A stretch of DNA of 59,472 nucleotides from Candidatus Kaiserbacteria bacterium (GTDB taxonomy: Bacteria > Patescibacteriota > Minisyncoccia > Phycocordibacterales > Phycocordibacteraceae): assembly GCA_026396675.1 (NCBI GenBank), contig JAPLWI010000011.1:1-59472 (forward strand). Direction: 5' to 3'. The notes under the pieces are model-generated. The model was given only the letters and a program-made list of their open reading frames with translations, was not told the DNA's origin and ran no database searches. This document shows, piece by piece, positions 36,875 to 47,700 of the stretch. A program made the position numbers and the translations under genes. Position 1 is the first letter of the stretch, and the number at the start of each line of letters is the position of its first letter.

Positions 36875-37795
36875 ATGGCGAACCGACATTTAGCGCGTTC
36901 TGTCGTCCTCCAGACACTCTTTGAGTGGGACACCACACACGCGTCGCAAACCGAAGCGAAGAATATTCTCGCACGCAATGTTGCAGAATTCGGTGGCGCT
37001 GATGTTGACCAGTTATTTATGGAGCACCTATTATTTGGTGTTTTAGCGAAAAAAAGCGATGTAGATCTCATTATTGAAAAAGCGGCGCCAGAATGGTCGC
37101 TGGAAAGAATCGCCCCAGTCGACCGCAATATTCTGCGCCTCGGACTTTATGAACTTCTATTTGCCGATCGGACGCAGGTGCCAGCAAAAGTTGCTATTAA
37201 TGAGGCCATAGAACTTGCCAAGACATTCGGCGGTGATTCAAGCGGGCGTTTTGTGAACGGCGTTCTCGGTGCCGTGTATAAAGAGCTCGGTGAGCCGGGG
37301 AAAAATGAACAGGGAGAAAAGAAAGCGAAGCGCGAGGAATTGCCGATAGAGAAAATGGGTGGCGCCATCGTCTACGCGAAACACGACGGACAATATTATC
37401 TCGCTCTCGTGCACGATGTATTTGGCCACTGGACGCTTTCAAAAGGTCACATCGGAGAGGACGTTACGCCCGAAGCAGGCGTTACGCGCGTTATAAAGGA
37501 GGAGCTTGGCCTCGATGTAAAGGTTGAAAATCAAGTCGGCGAGAATGAATATATCGCATCGCATCCTGAAAAAGGGAAGATGCGTAAACACGTTTGGTTC
37601 TTCCTTGCCTCAAGCGACTTTGAACCGCTTGTGTTGAAAAAAAGTGGTGGCCTCGATGACGCAAAGTGGTTCCGTCTCAAGGACATCATTGACCTTAATT
37701 TTTATGATGATATGCTCCCAATCGTGACTATGGCTGTACAAAAACTTCTTGACCACGCGAGCAGTACACGCGATAGGATGCCAGCGCATGCCTGA
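36875..37795 (+). CDS. nusB: Transcription antitermination factor NusB fused to a Nudix-like domain
   Basis: RHLAR..VLQ.LF, DRNILRLG and INEAIELAK..FVNGVLG, then WTLSKGH....EELG. Confidence 0.9.
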   Translation: MANRHLARSVVLQTLFEWDTTHASQTEAKNILARNVAEFGGADVDQLFMEHLLFGVLAKKSDVDLIIEKAAPEWSLERIAPVDRNILRLGLYELLFADRTQVPAKVAINEAIELAKTFGGDSSGRFVNGVLGAVYKELGEPGKNEQGEKKAKREELPIEKMGGAIVYAKHDGQYYLALVHDVFGHWTLSKGHIGEDVTPEAGVTRVIKEELGLDVKVENQVGENEYIASHPEKGKMRKHVWFFLASSDFEPLVLKKSGGLDDAKWFRLKDIIDLNFYDDMLPIVTMAVQKLLDHASSTRDRMPAHA

Positions 37796-38477
37796 TTTCT
37801 CCCCATTTACACAAAAAATTGGTGTTTCTTTCAACAACCCAGATCTTTTGGTAGAGGCACTGACGCATCGTTCTTATTTAAATGAGCACCGTGACTATAC
37901 TGGCAATCATAACGAGCGACTAGAATTTCTCGGCGATGCAGTTCTTGAACTTGCTGCCACTGACTTCCTTTTTAAAAAATTTCCCGCAAAGCCGGAAGGA
38001 GATCTCACAAGTTATCGCGCTGCGCTCGTAAACACAGTATCGCTCGCCGAGAGCGCGCAGGCGCTCGGCATCAACGATTATTTACTGCTTTCAAAAGGTG
38101 AAGCGAAGGATACCGGCCGTGCGCGTGAGGTGATTCTCGCCGATGCATTTGAGGCGATTATAGGCGCAATTTATCTTGATGCTGGTTACGTCAGTGCCGA
38201 AGCGTTTATCGCAAAGAATCTGTATGGGAAAATTGACGAAATAATTTCGCGTCGCGCGTATCAAGATGCAAAGAGTCGTTTCCAAGAATCGTCGCAGGAG
38301 AAAAAGGGAATCACACCGAGATACGAAACGCTTTCTGAAGAAGGGCCCGATCATGCAAGACATTTTACCGTCGGTGTTTTCATCGGAGATGAAGAAATTG
38401 CGCGCGGAGAAGGGGCTAGCAAACAAGAGGCCGAACAATCCGCCGCCGAAGCAGGACTAAAGAAGATGCAGTGGTGA
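37788..38477 (+). CDS. rnc: Ribonuclease III
   Basis: NERLEFLGDAVL signature plus a dsRBD. Confidence 0.96.
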   Translation: MPDFSPFTQKIGVSFNNPDLLVEALTHRSYLNEHRDYTGNHNERLEFLGDAVLELAATDFLFKKFPAKPEGDLTSYRAALVNTVSLAESAQALGINDYLLLSKGEAKDTGRAREVILADAFEAIIGAIYLDAGYVSAEAFIAKNLYGKIDEIISRRAYQDAKSRFQESSQEKKGITPRYETLSEEGPDHARHFTVGVFIGDEEIARGEGASKQEAEQSAAEAGLKKMQW

Positions 38478-38491
38478 TACAATAATCAGCA

Positions 38492-40717
38492 ATGCTGAAG
38501 CGATTGGAGATCGTTGGATTCAAGTCGTTCGCCAAGAAGACGGTCTTGGATTTTTCTAATTCCACCACAGCGATTGTCGGCCCGAACGGCTCTGGGAAAA
38601 GCAATGTTGCAGAAGCGTTTCGTTTCGCACTCGGCGAACAATCGATGAAGAGTATGCGTGGCAAACGCGCAGAGGATCTTATTTGGGGCGGTTCGCATTC
38701 GGTGCCGCGCGCTTCGCGCGCGGCGGTTTCTGTCATTTTCGATAATTCCAGAAGATCTTTCAAAATTGATTTTGACGAAGTCGCGATTGAAAGGGCAGTT
38801 TTCCGCGACGGAACAAGCGAATATTCCATCAATGGCTCACGAGTGCGTCTACGCGACATCGAAGAACTCCTCGCTGGCGCGAATATCGGTGAGACCAGCC
38901 ATCACATTATTTCGCAAGGCGAAGCCGACAGGATATTACTTTCCTCGCCGCGTGAGCGGCGAATGATGCTCGAAGATGCTCTTGGACTTAAGGTATACGA
39001 ATTCAAAAAACGAGAGGCGGAAAAGAAACTTGTAAAGACAGAAGAGAATATTGCGCAAGTTAATTCGCTCCGACGAGAACTTGCACCGCATCTGCGATTC
39101 CTAGAAAAACAAGTTGAAAAACTTGAGCGGGCAGAAACATTACAAAAAGAACTGGTCAACTCAGCACAAACATACTTCGCAATTGAAGATGCATATCTTG
39201 CACTAGAAAAATCAAAAGTTGCCGTAGAGAAGCGAAATGCAGAAGAACGTCTCGTATTCGCAAGTGCCGAGCTCGATCGTATTGCGGATCCGAAATCGGC
39301 TGATAGCGAGACGATGCAACGCACAGAGACGCTTCGGAATGCAGAACGCGAAGTTTCTGAACTTTCTGCAACGCGCGCGGCGCTTTCGCGCGATATCGGT
39401 AGAGTAGAAGGCGCACTTGTAGAAGTGAAACGGCGTGCAACTGCAACTGCGCGAGAGCCGTACGCGAAAGTGCCGCGTGAAGAACTTGAAGCGCTCCATA
39501 ACGAGGTTGAAAAACAAGTTGAAAGCGCTCTCGGTGCCGAACGCGAGGGAAGTATTGAAGCGCTACGCGCAGCGCTTGTCGCTATTCGTACGGCGGTAAA
39601 ATTTCTTTTCAATCGACACAATGCCCCACGCGACGATTATTTTTCCGACGAGGAGGATGCTGCATTCAAACTTGAGACCGAACGCGCCACGCTCGCCGAG
39701 AAATACGACGCGACTTCTATCGCACTCGAAAAAGCCGAAGCCGCACGCGCACGCGCACGCGAAGCAATGCTTGCTCTAGAAGAGACCAGTCATGAAATTC
39801 GACGCCGCATTCTTGATTTCGCACAAAATAAGGCACATGAGGAAGGCGAAATAGCAAAGGCCGATGCCCGAGAATATGAATTAAACCTTCTCACGGAAGA
39901 ACTAGAGCGAAATAAAAGAGAAGTGCTTGCCATCGGAGGTACTACGGCTGTCTCATATGAATCACTCCAATCTCTTCCAAAGGAAGATCGGAAAACACAG
40001 GAGGAACGGAAACGCACACTTGAACGCACAAAAATTCGCCTCGAAGAAGCAGGCGGCATGAATGAAGAAATACGACAAGAACATAAAGAAGTTTCTGAAA
40101 GAGAAAAATTTCTCGCCGTTGAACTCGATGATCTCGCGAAATCAGCGTCAGGACTTCATGCTCTTATTGACGATTTAAATACAGAGCTCGCAAAACATTT
40201 CTCAGAAGGACTTTCAAAGGTTAATGCGTCATTCAATGAATATTTTGCGTTGATGTTTGGCGGCGGCTCCGCACGCCTCACTCTGAAGGCCGAAGTCGAT
40301 CCCGAGGAGCTTGGCGACGAGGGAGAAGATACTGAGGAGCTCCGCGACGAAGTAAAAGAACGTCCCGGAATAGAAATAGCAGTCAATCTGCCAAAAAAGA
40401 AAGTGCGCTCGCTGATGCAACTTTCTGGTGGCGAGCGCGCGCTCACGAGCATCGCGCTTATCTTCGCGATGAGTCAAGTAAATCCACCGCCATTCTTAAT
40501 TTTGGACGAGACCGATGCGGCTCTTGATGAAGCTAACAGCCGCCGCTATGGCGATATGATAGAAAATCTCGCGAAGAAGTCACAACTTATCGTCATTACA
40601 CATAATCGTGAGACAATGAGTCGCACGAACATCCTCTACGGCGTTACGATGGGCGGTGACGGCGTCAGTAAGCTATTGTCTGTGAAGTTCGAGGAAGCCG
40701 TCGCCGTGGCGAAATAG
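38492..40717 (+). CDS. smc: Short SMC-family ATPase
   Basis: GFKSF, GPNGSGKSN, LSGGE and LDETDAALD motifs; only 741 aa. Confidence 0.88.
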   Translation: MLKRLEIVGFKSFAKKTVLDFSNSTTAIVGPNGSGKSNVAEAFRFALGEQSMKSMRGKRAEDLIWGGSHSVPRASRAAVSVIFDNSRRSFKIDFDEVAIERAVFRDGTSEYSINGSRVRLRDIEELLAGANIGETSHHIISQGEADRILLSSPRERRMMLEDALGLKVYEFKKREAEKKLVKTEENIAQVNSLRRELAPHLRFLEKQVEKLERAETLQKELVNSAQTYFAIEDAYLALEKSKVAVEKRNAEERLVFASAELDRIADPKSADSETMQRTETLRNAEREVSELSATRAALSRDIGRVEGALVEVKRRATATAREPYAKVPREELEALHNEVEKQVESALGAEREGSIEALRAALVAIRTAVKFLFNRHNAPRDDYFSDEEDAAFKLETERATLAEKYDATSIALEKAEAARARAREAMLALEETSHEIRRRILDFAQNKAHEEGEIAKADAREYELNLLTEELERNKREVLAIGGTTAVSYESLQSLPKEDRKTQEERKRTLERTKIRLEEAGGMNEEIRQEHKEVSEREKFLAVELDDLAKSASGLHALIDDLNTELAKHFSEGLSKVNASFNEYFALMFGGGSARLTLKAEVDPEELGDEGEDTEELRDEVKERPGIEIAVNLPKKKVRSLMQLSGGERALTSIALIFAMSQVNPPPFLILDETDAALDEANSRRYGDMIENLAKKSQLIVITHNRETMSRTNILYGVTMGGDGVSKLLSVKFEEAVAVAK

Positions 40718-40718
40718 A

Positions 40719-42686
40719 TTATGCAGGTACGAAATCCAATTCTTTTTCGGGAATGCGCGCAGCGATTAATTTTACGCGGATTGGGTCACCAAGTTGAAAT
40801 GTTTTTTTCGTGCGACGGCCGGTGAGGCAGTAGTGCTTTTCATCATATTCAAAGAAGTCGTCTCCGACAGAACGGATATTGATCATCCCGTCGGCGTGCG
40901 TCGTTTTTTCTTCCACATACAACCCGCGTTCGGTAACGCCAGAAATAACAGCGTCGAACTCTTGCCCGATTTTGTCGGCTAAGAATTCGACTTGCTTCAT
41001 TTTTATTGAATCGCGCTCGGCATCAGCCGCTGCAACTTCGCGTTCAGAAGCATGAAGTGCGAGTGCATCAAATTCACGCATTTCCTGTTCAGAAATTTTC
41101 GTACCACCCGAGTGCGCCTTCACGAGTCGATGAATAACAAGGTCAGGGTAGCGACGAATTGGCGAAGTAAAATGCGTATAAAAATCGAATGCGAGACCGA
41201 AGTGACCGATATTTTGCGTTGCATAAATTGCCTTACTCATTGAACGCAAAGTCGCTGTTTTAACGAGATATTCTTCCGGCTTTCCTTTCACCGCTTCGAG
41301 CAGTTTATTTAATTCTGCGCCAGTAACATTCCCGCTTCCAGAGGTCTTCAAATGATAACCCATAACACGTAGTAGGTTCGCTAGATTCTCAATACGGTCA
41401 GTATCGGGTACGTCATGAATGCGATACAGTGATGCGAAAGGCGTTTTGCCTTTCGTGCCGAGCGCAGCGAGGTGCTTCGCCACTGCCTCGTTCGCGAGCA
41501 ACATAAAGTCCTCAATGAGACGATTTGTCGCTTTCTGTTCTTTTAGGTGGATAGCGATAGGTACCCCTTCGGCGTCAAGTTCGACTTTTACTTCGGCAGT
41601 ATCAAATTCAATTGCGCCATTCGCTTGACGCTTCGCTCGGATTTTTTTCGAGAGATCTTGAAGCATAGAAAGTTCTGTAAACAAAACACCCTCACCTTTA
41701 TCAAGCACTTCCTGCGCCTCTTCGTAAGTGAAGCGCTTGTCTGAATGAATGATTGTTTCGCCGAACCATGAGTCCAAGACACTAGCTTCGTTATCGAGTG
41801 TGAAAACGGCCGAGACCGCGAGACGGTCTTCATTTGGTTTTAGCGAACATAAATCGTTTGAAAGAATTTCTGGGAGCATAGGAATTGTACGATCGACGAG
41901 ATACACACTTGTCGCGCGCTCATATGCCTCTTTATCCAACGCATTTCCGGGCTTTACGAAGAAAGACACATCAGCGATGTGGACGCCGACTTCTATTTTC
42001 CCATTAGCAAGCTTTTGTATCGATAATGCATCGTCGAAATCCTTCGCATCTGCAGGATCAATTGTACACGTTGGAACATTTCTGAAATCGCACCGCCCAG
42101 GATTCTTTGTCTCTTCCGCAAGCATCGCTGCGCCTTCGGATTCAAGTCGTTTTGCTTCAATAACAACTCCTGGAGGGAAGTTCGGCGAGAATCCTTGCCC
42201 AAGCGCGAGAGCGCGCATTTCTGTCTCGTGTACACCTGCATTGCCGATTATCTCTTCAACAAAGCCGGTAGGATATGTTGCATCTTCTTTCCAATCTTGC
42301 AATCGTACCAATACCTTATAGCCAAGCTGGACATTTCTCGTGTTTACTATTTCAATCGGCACATACATCTTTTTATAATCAGGCGCGAGCAATATCTTTC
42401 CCGCATCCTCTATAAGCGTGCCGACAAATGTCTCGCGCGCGCGCGAAATTATTTCAATCACTTTTCCAGAAGCACGCGGCGGCATTCGCCCGGCTGGATC
42501 CTGATACATTCCCGCTGGAATGACCTTCACGATATCTCCAGCGAGTGCGTGGGCAGTCCATTCAGGAGGAATGATCAAATCCTCGTCACTCTTCTTGCTC
42601 TTTGTAGCTTTAGAGGAGAGTGAGAAAAAACCGAAACCCTTCCGAGTCATCGCTATTGGACCTTCGTATATCGTATCCACTTGCAT
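40719..42686 (-). CDS. rnr: Ribonuclease R
   Basis: TIDP..AKDFDDALS, HFTSPIRRYPD and an S1 domain. Confidence 0.95.
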   Translation of the reverse strand: MQVDTIYEGPIAMTRKGFGFFSLSSKATKSKKSDEDLIIPPEWTAHALAGDIVKVIPAGMYQDPAGRMPPRASGKVIEIISRARETFVGTLIEDAGKILLAPDYKKMYVPIEIVNTRNVQLGYKVLVRLQDWKEDATYPTGFVEEIIGNAGVHETEMRALALGQGFSPNFPPGVVIEAKRLESEGAAMLAEETKNPGRCDFRNVPTCTIDPADAKDFDDALSIQKLANGKIEVGVHIADVSFFVKPGNALDKEAYERATSVYLVDRTIPMLPEILSNDLCSLKPNEDRLAVSAVFTLDNEASVLDSWFGETIIHSDKRFTYEEAQEVLDKGEGVLFTELSMLQDLSKKIRAKRQANGAIEFDTAEVKVELDAEGVPIAIHLKEQKATNRLIEDFMLLANEAVAKHLAALGTKGKTPFASLYRIHDVPDTDRIENLANLLRVMGYHLKTSGSGNVTGAELNKLLEAVKGKPEEYLVKTATLRSMSKAIYATQNIGHFGLAFDFYTHFTSPIRRYPDLVIHRLVKAHSGGTKISEQEMREFDALALHASEREVAAADAERDSIKMKQVEFLADKIGQEFDAVISGVTERGLYVEEKTTHADGMINIRSVGDDFFEYDEKHYCLTGRRTKKTFQLGDPIRVKLIAARIPEKELDFVPA

Positions 42687-42733
42687 TTAAGACACTCTAG
42701 CAATATTGGCGGTATTCTGCTATAGTCGCGCGT

Positions 42734-43156
42734 ATGTTGATGATTCGATTCCAACGGACCGGTCGGACCAATGATCCGGCTTTTCGCATTGTTTTATTGG
42801 AGAAAACGCGTGCAGCGAAAGCTGGCAGTATCACAGAACAGCTCGGCACCTATAACCCGAAGAGCAAAGCGCTTACGATTGATGCCGAGAGAGTTAAGGA
42901 ATGGATTGCCAAAGGCGCACAGCCAACCGACTCAATCCGGAATCTTTTGATTACAAAAGGCATCTTGGAAGGGAAGAAGGTGAATGTGTTACCGAAGAAA
43001 ACCCCGATCAAATCGGAAGAACCAGAAATAAAATCTGAAATAATATCTGACGTGAAAGTTGCCGCTGAAGAGGTACTAGCTCCAGTAGAAGAAGCTGTAG
43101 CGGAAGACGTAGTAGGAGTTGTAGAGGATGCTGCGGCAGAAGCGGAGTCCCTCTAA
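42734..43156 (+). CDS. rpsP: 30S ribosomal protein S16 with an acidic tail
   Basis: IRFQR.G, LGTYNP and GAQPT motifs. Confidence 0.95.
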   Translation: MLMIRFQRTGRTNDPAFRIVLLEKTRAAKAGSITEQLGTYNPKSKALTIDAERVKEWIAKGAQPTDSIRNLLITKGILEGKKVNVLPKKTPIKSEEPEIKSEIISDVKVAAEEVLAPVEEAVAEDVVGVVEDAAAEAESL

Positions 43157-43163
43157 AATATCC

Positions 43164-43481
43164 ATGGAACCAGATCAAATGTTCCTCGAGTATGCAGTAA
43201 AAGCACTCGTTGAGCACCCAGAGTCGGTCGAAACCACACGCGTTATTGATCAGATGGGTGTTCTCCTAACGCTTACCGTACATCCAGACGATATGGGGAA
43301 AATTATCGGTAAGAGTGGCAAGACCGCTGAAGCCCTCCGAATTCTTCTGCGCGTGGTTGGGATGAAAGGGAACGCACGCGTGAATTTAAAGATCAATGAG
43401 CCGGTCGGTGGGAAAAGAGATTTACCAGTGCAGACAGGACCAGAAGTTAAGACCGTCGATCAAGTGATCGATGAAATTTAA
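43164..43481 (+). CDS. khpA: KH-domain RNA-binding protein KhpA
   Basis: DMGKIIGKSG motif; follows rpsP. Confidence 0.85.
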   Translation: MEPDQMFLEYAVKALVEHPESVETTRVIDQMGVLLTLTVHPDDMGKIIGKSGKTAEALRILLRVVGMKGNARVNLKINEPVGGKRDLPVQTGPEVKTVDQVIDEI

Positions 43482-44154
43482 TTTAATTACATTGTTTCCA
43501 GAAGCGTGCGATGCATATTTAAGTGCATCAATTGTCGGGCGCGCGCGAAAGGAAAAAAAGATTTTCATACAGTATCAGAACCCGCGCAATTTTGTTGAGA
43601 ACAAATGGGGAAAGGTAGATGAACGTCCGTACGGTGGCGGTCCGGGGATGGTGATGTCCGCAATGCCCATTGCCCGTGCAGTTCAACGGGCATTGCGGAT
43701 CCCGACGAGTTTTCGAGGAGGGACGAAACTCAAAAAATCAGTCATCATCTGGTTCTCGCCAAGCGCGAAGCAATTCACCAACAAAGATGCTGATTCACTC
43801 ATAAAAAAATACGACCAAGTTGTGCTCGTCTGTGGTCGTTATGAGGGTATTGATGAACGTGCAAGAAAAATACTCAAAACGCTTGCGCCGATTAAAGAAT
43901 TCGCTGTTGGCCAAGCGGTCTACACGGGCGGGGAAGTTCCGGCACTCGCGATCGTGGACGCGGTCACGCGCCGGTTGCCGGGTGTACTCGGTAAAGATGC
44001 GTCGATCGAGGAACGCCGCATCGCCTCATCGGCTGTTTATACGCGCCCAGAAACCATCACCTATAAAAAGAAAAACTATAAAGTCCCAACAGTTTTACGT
44101 ACGGGGCATCACGCAAAAATAGATTCGTGGCGCCAAACGAAGCGAACGAAGTGA
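43471..44154 (+). CDS. trmD: tRNA (guanine-N1)-methyltransferase
   Basis: RPYGGGPGMV, CGRYEGIDER and YTRP motifs. Confidence 0.95.
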   Translation: MKFNLITLFPEACDAYLSASIVGRARKEKKIFIQYQNPRNFVENKWGKVDERPYGGGPGMVMSAMPIARAVQRALRIPTSFRGGTKLKKSVIIWFSPSAKQFTNKDADSLIKKYDQVVLVCGRYEGIDERARKILKTLAPIKEFAVGQAVYTGGEVPALAIVDAVTRRLPGVLGKDASIEERRIASSAVYTRPETITYKKKNYKVPTVLRTGHHAKIDSWRQTKRTK

Positions 44155-44269
44155 GCAAAGTCCCGAACCGTCTGCGGGAGGGACCGGCCACCACGCGAAT
44201 ATTGACAAATGGCGTTCTAGCAAATAACATTCTCATCAGAAATCTATTAAAAGGAGAAGGAGGAATAGT

Positions 44270-44434
44270 ATGAACATTTTCTTTTGGTCAAATTGGCTGT
44301 TCTATCCGTTGGTTATTGTCTTCATGATTGTTGTCGCTGCAATAGTCTTCCATAGACCTCCGAAGAAGACGGGCAAAGGATTCAAGAGACCCGCAGATAG
44401 AAATAGAGTTTCCTACTTTCGATACCAAAGATAA
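44270..44434 (+). CDS. Small 54-aa single-TM protein with a basic tail (stand-alone cassette), not in the ORF track
   Basis: TTGACA (44203), 17 nt, TAACAT, then an AGGAGG SD. ORF reads MNIFFWSNWLFYPLVIVFMIVVAAIVFHRPPKK...; terminator at 44437-44477. Confidence 0.7.
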   Translation: MNIFFWSNWLFYPLVIVFMIVVAAIVFHRPPKKTGKGFKRPADRNRVSYFRYQR

Positions 44435-44754
44435 TTCCGCCCACAACAGAACCGTTGGAGGGCGGTTTCTGTTTTTTATAACCGTGAGCAAGGACTCCAT
44501 TTGCTCATTGTTTACACGAGGTTGAACCTCGTGCACCTCATGCATAAATCCTTATCCACACTTGCGCGGAATAGGGTCTTTATGGTATCTTCAAAAGTAT
44601 AGATTTGAGTGAGTAATGAAGGGCTGGAGCGAAATTGATTAATACGGGAACTACATAAAAACGCAAAAGCGAGGCGAATCCGTGTGCGTTTGTATTTATA
44701 TATTTTACTGTTAGAGAAAAATCTTAATTATTTACCACTTCACGCCACCACCAC

Positions 44755-47700
44755 ATGCGTAAAAACCTCGTTCAGAAAACATTCGGTGCATATCAAGCAC
44801 CACGAGTACCATTTCCGGATCTCGTCGGGCATCAACGCAACTCGTTCGAGTGGCTTCTCACTGACGGTCTCAAGGAGCTTTTCAAAGAATTCTCGCCGAT
44901 TGCTGATTATTCAGGAAAGAAGTTTGAACTTCGATTTGAAAGTTTTGAAATCGGTGAACCAAAATATGATGAGGACTTCGCACGCGAAAACATTCGCACT
45001 TATGAAGCACCGGTAAAAGCAACTGTGAAGCTTATTAATAAGACACTTGGATCGGAGAAATCACAGGAAATTTTCCTTGCGGATATACCGCTCATGACAC
45101 CTCACGGCTCTTTCATCGTGTCAGGGGTTGAGCGCGTCATCGTTCCGCAGTTAGCACGTTCATTCGGCGCATTTTTTGTTTCAGAACTTCTGCGCGGTAA
45201 GTCGTTCTTCGGCGCTAAAATCATTCCTTTGCGTGGCGTTTGGATTGAATTTGAATCGGAGGCGGATGGTGCTATTTTTGTGAAAATTGACCGGAAGCGA
45301 AAGTTCCCTATTACCGAATTACTTACCGTCTTTGGCGGCGGTGTTGGCGAATCAGTAGCAAAGCATTTCGCAAACGATCCGCTCGCGCTCTCGGCGATTA
45401 AAGCGACACTTGAGCATGATGAAGCCAAATCGGTTGAAGAGGCCTATATAGAAATCCATCGACGTATGCGCGACGGCGATCTCGCGACGCCAGAGAACGC
45501 AAAGAATTTCGTGCAGTCACTCTTTTCTGCCGAGCGTTATGATATCGGGAAAATCGGTCGCCATCGCCTCAACACGCGTTTCGGTCTGCCGGTGACAGAG
45601 AAAGCGCTTGAGAAGCGCACACTTACACTCGCTGACTTCGTTCATATTATTTCAGAAATCACGAGATTAAATGCAGATCCTTCAGCGCGTCCAGATGACA
45701 TAGACCACCTTGGTTTTCGCCGCGTACGATTTGTCGGCGAACTCCTGCAGGCGCGTATGCGCGTCGGAATGAGTCGTATGAAACGAAATATTCAAGATCG
45801 TATGTCTACAACGCAGACCGAAACAACGCTCCCAATGACACTCGTCAATCCACGCCCGTTCCATGCATCAGTTCATGAATTCTTCACCGCCAACCAGCTC
45901 TCGCAGTTTATGGATCAACAGAATATTCTCGCCGAACTAGAAAATATGCGCACACTTTCCGCACTCGGCCCAGGAGGGCTCACCCGCGAGCGAGCTGGCT
46001 TTGAAGTTCGTGATGTGCATCCGTCGCACTATGGACGTCTGTGTCCAATCCACACACCAGAAGGTCAGAACATCGGACTTATTCTTCGCCTTGCAACACA
46101 CGCACGAACTAACGATTTCGGCGTTATTGAAACGCCATACGCTCGCGTGAAGAACGGTGTAGTGACAAAAGATATTGTGTACCTCAACGCGCTGGATGAA
46201 GAGCTTGAAACAATAGCACACGGCGCAACCAAGCTTGATGAGAACGATCGCATCACGACTGACCTTGTTGAAGCACGCCATAAGGGCGAACCGGTCATTG
46301 TCGCACGCGATGCAATCACTCTTATTGATTCTTCGCCATATCAAATGTTTTCTATTGCGACCGATATGATTCCATTCGTGAATCATGACGACGCGAACCG
46401 TGCCTTAATGGGTTCAAATATGCAGAAGCAGGCAACGCCGATTCTTATTCCTGAAGCGCCTTTGGTCGCCACTGGTATCGAATCACACGCTGCGCGCAGT
46501 ACAAGTCGTCTCGTGCTCGCCACTGAGTCCGGAGAAGTTACTCATGTTGAAGCGCGAAAAATTATTGTGAAAAACAAGGAGGGGAAGTTGAAGGAATATC
46601 GTTTGCAAGGACTTACACGAACAAATCAAAATTCCGCGTTTATGCAGCGACCATCAGTCAACATTGGTATGACTGTGAAAAAGGGCGACGTACTCGCAGA
46701 CAATTCTTCAACTGACCATGGTCAACTCGCGTTGGGTCAAAATGTCCGCGTTGCTTTCATGAGTTGGAACGGTGCGAACTACGAGGACGCCATCGTCATC
46801 TCCGAACGTCTTGTTGAAGATGCTAAATTCACGACTGTTCATATTGAGGATTTTGAATGTATCGTGCGCGACACGAAACTCGGTCCTGAAACGACGACCC
46901 ACGATATCCCGAATGTTGGTGAACTTCGGCTTAAGAATCTTGATGAAGAAGGTGTCATTCGTATTGGCGCAGAAGTGCGTCCCAGCGATATTCTTGTCGG
47001 TAAAGTAACCCCAAAGGGTGAGACACAACTTACTCCAGAAGAACGGCTTCTGCGAAGCATCTTTGGCGACAAGGCGAAAGATGTGAAAGATACTTCTCTT
47101 CGCATGGAAGGTGGCAAGCGCGGTCGCGTCATCGGTGTTCGAATTTTCTCGCGAGAGCGCGGTGACCAGCTAGAAACAGGCATTATTAAAAAGATTGTCG
47201 TTACAGTCGCGCAGGTTCGAAATGTAAGCGTCGGCGACAAACTCGCAGGACGACATGGCAATAAAGGTGTTATCAGTCGCATATTGCCGGTTGAAGATAT
47301 GCCGTATGACAAGGACGGCAATCCAGTCGATATCATTCTCACTCCACTCGGTGTTCCGAGTCGTATGAATCTTGGGCAAATTCTTGAAATGCATTTAGGT
47401 CTTGCGGCGTACACTCTTGGTTATCAGGCGATCGTTCCGCCATTTGCCGGTGCGTCCGCAGATGAAATTCGCGACGAACTCGTCAAGGCCGGCTTCGCGA
47501 AAAATGGGAAAATACAATTATATGACGGCCAATCTGGCGAACCATTCGCACAAACAATCTCGGTCGGTTACATGTATGTTTTTAAACTGCATCACATGGT
47601 GGAGGATAAAATTCATATGCGTTCAATCGGTCCTTATTCTCTCATCACTCAACAACCGCTCGGCGGCAAAGCACAGAACGGCGGACAACGATTCGGCGAA

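Noticed and set aside
42734..44154. Missing rimM/rplS in the rpsP-trmD cluster as a novelty
   Set aside because: Gene loss or relocation is common in reduced genomes and cannot be judged from one window.
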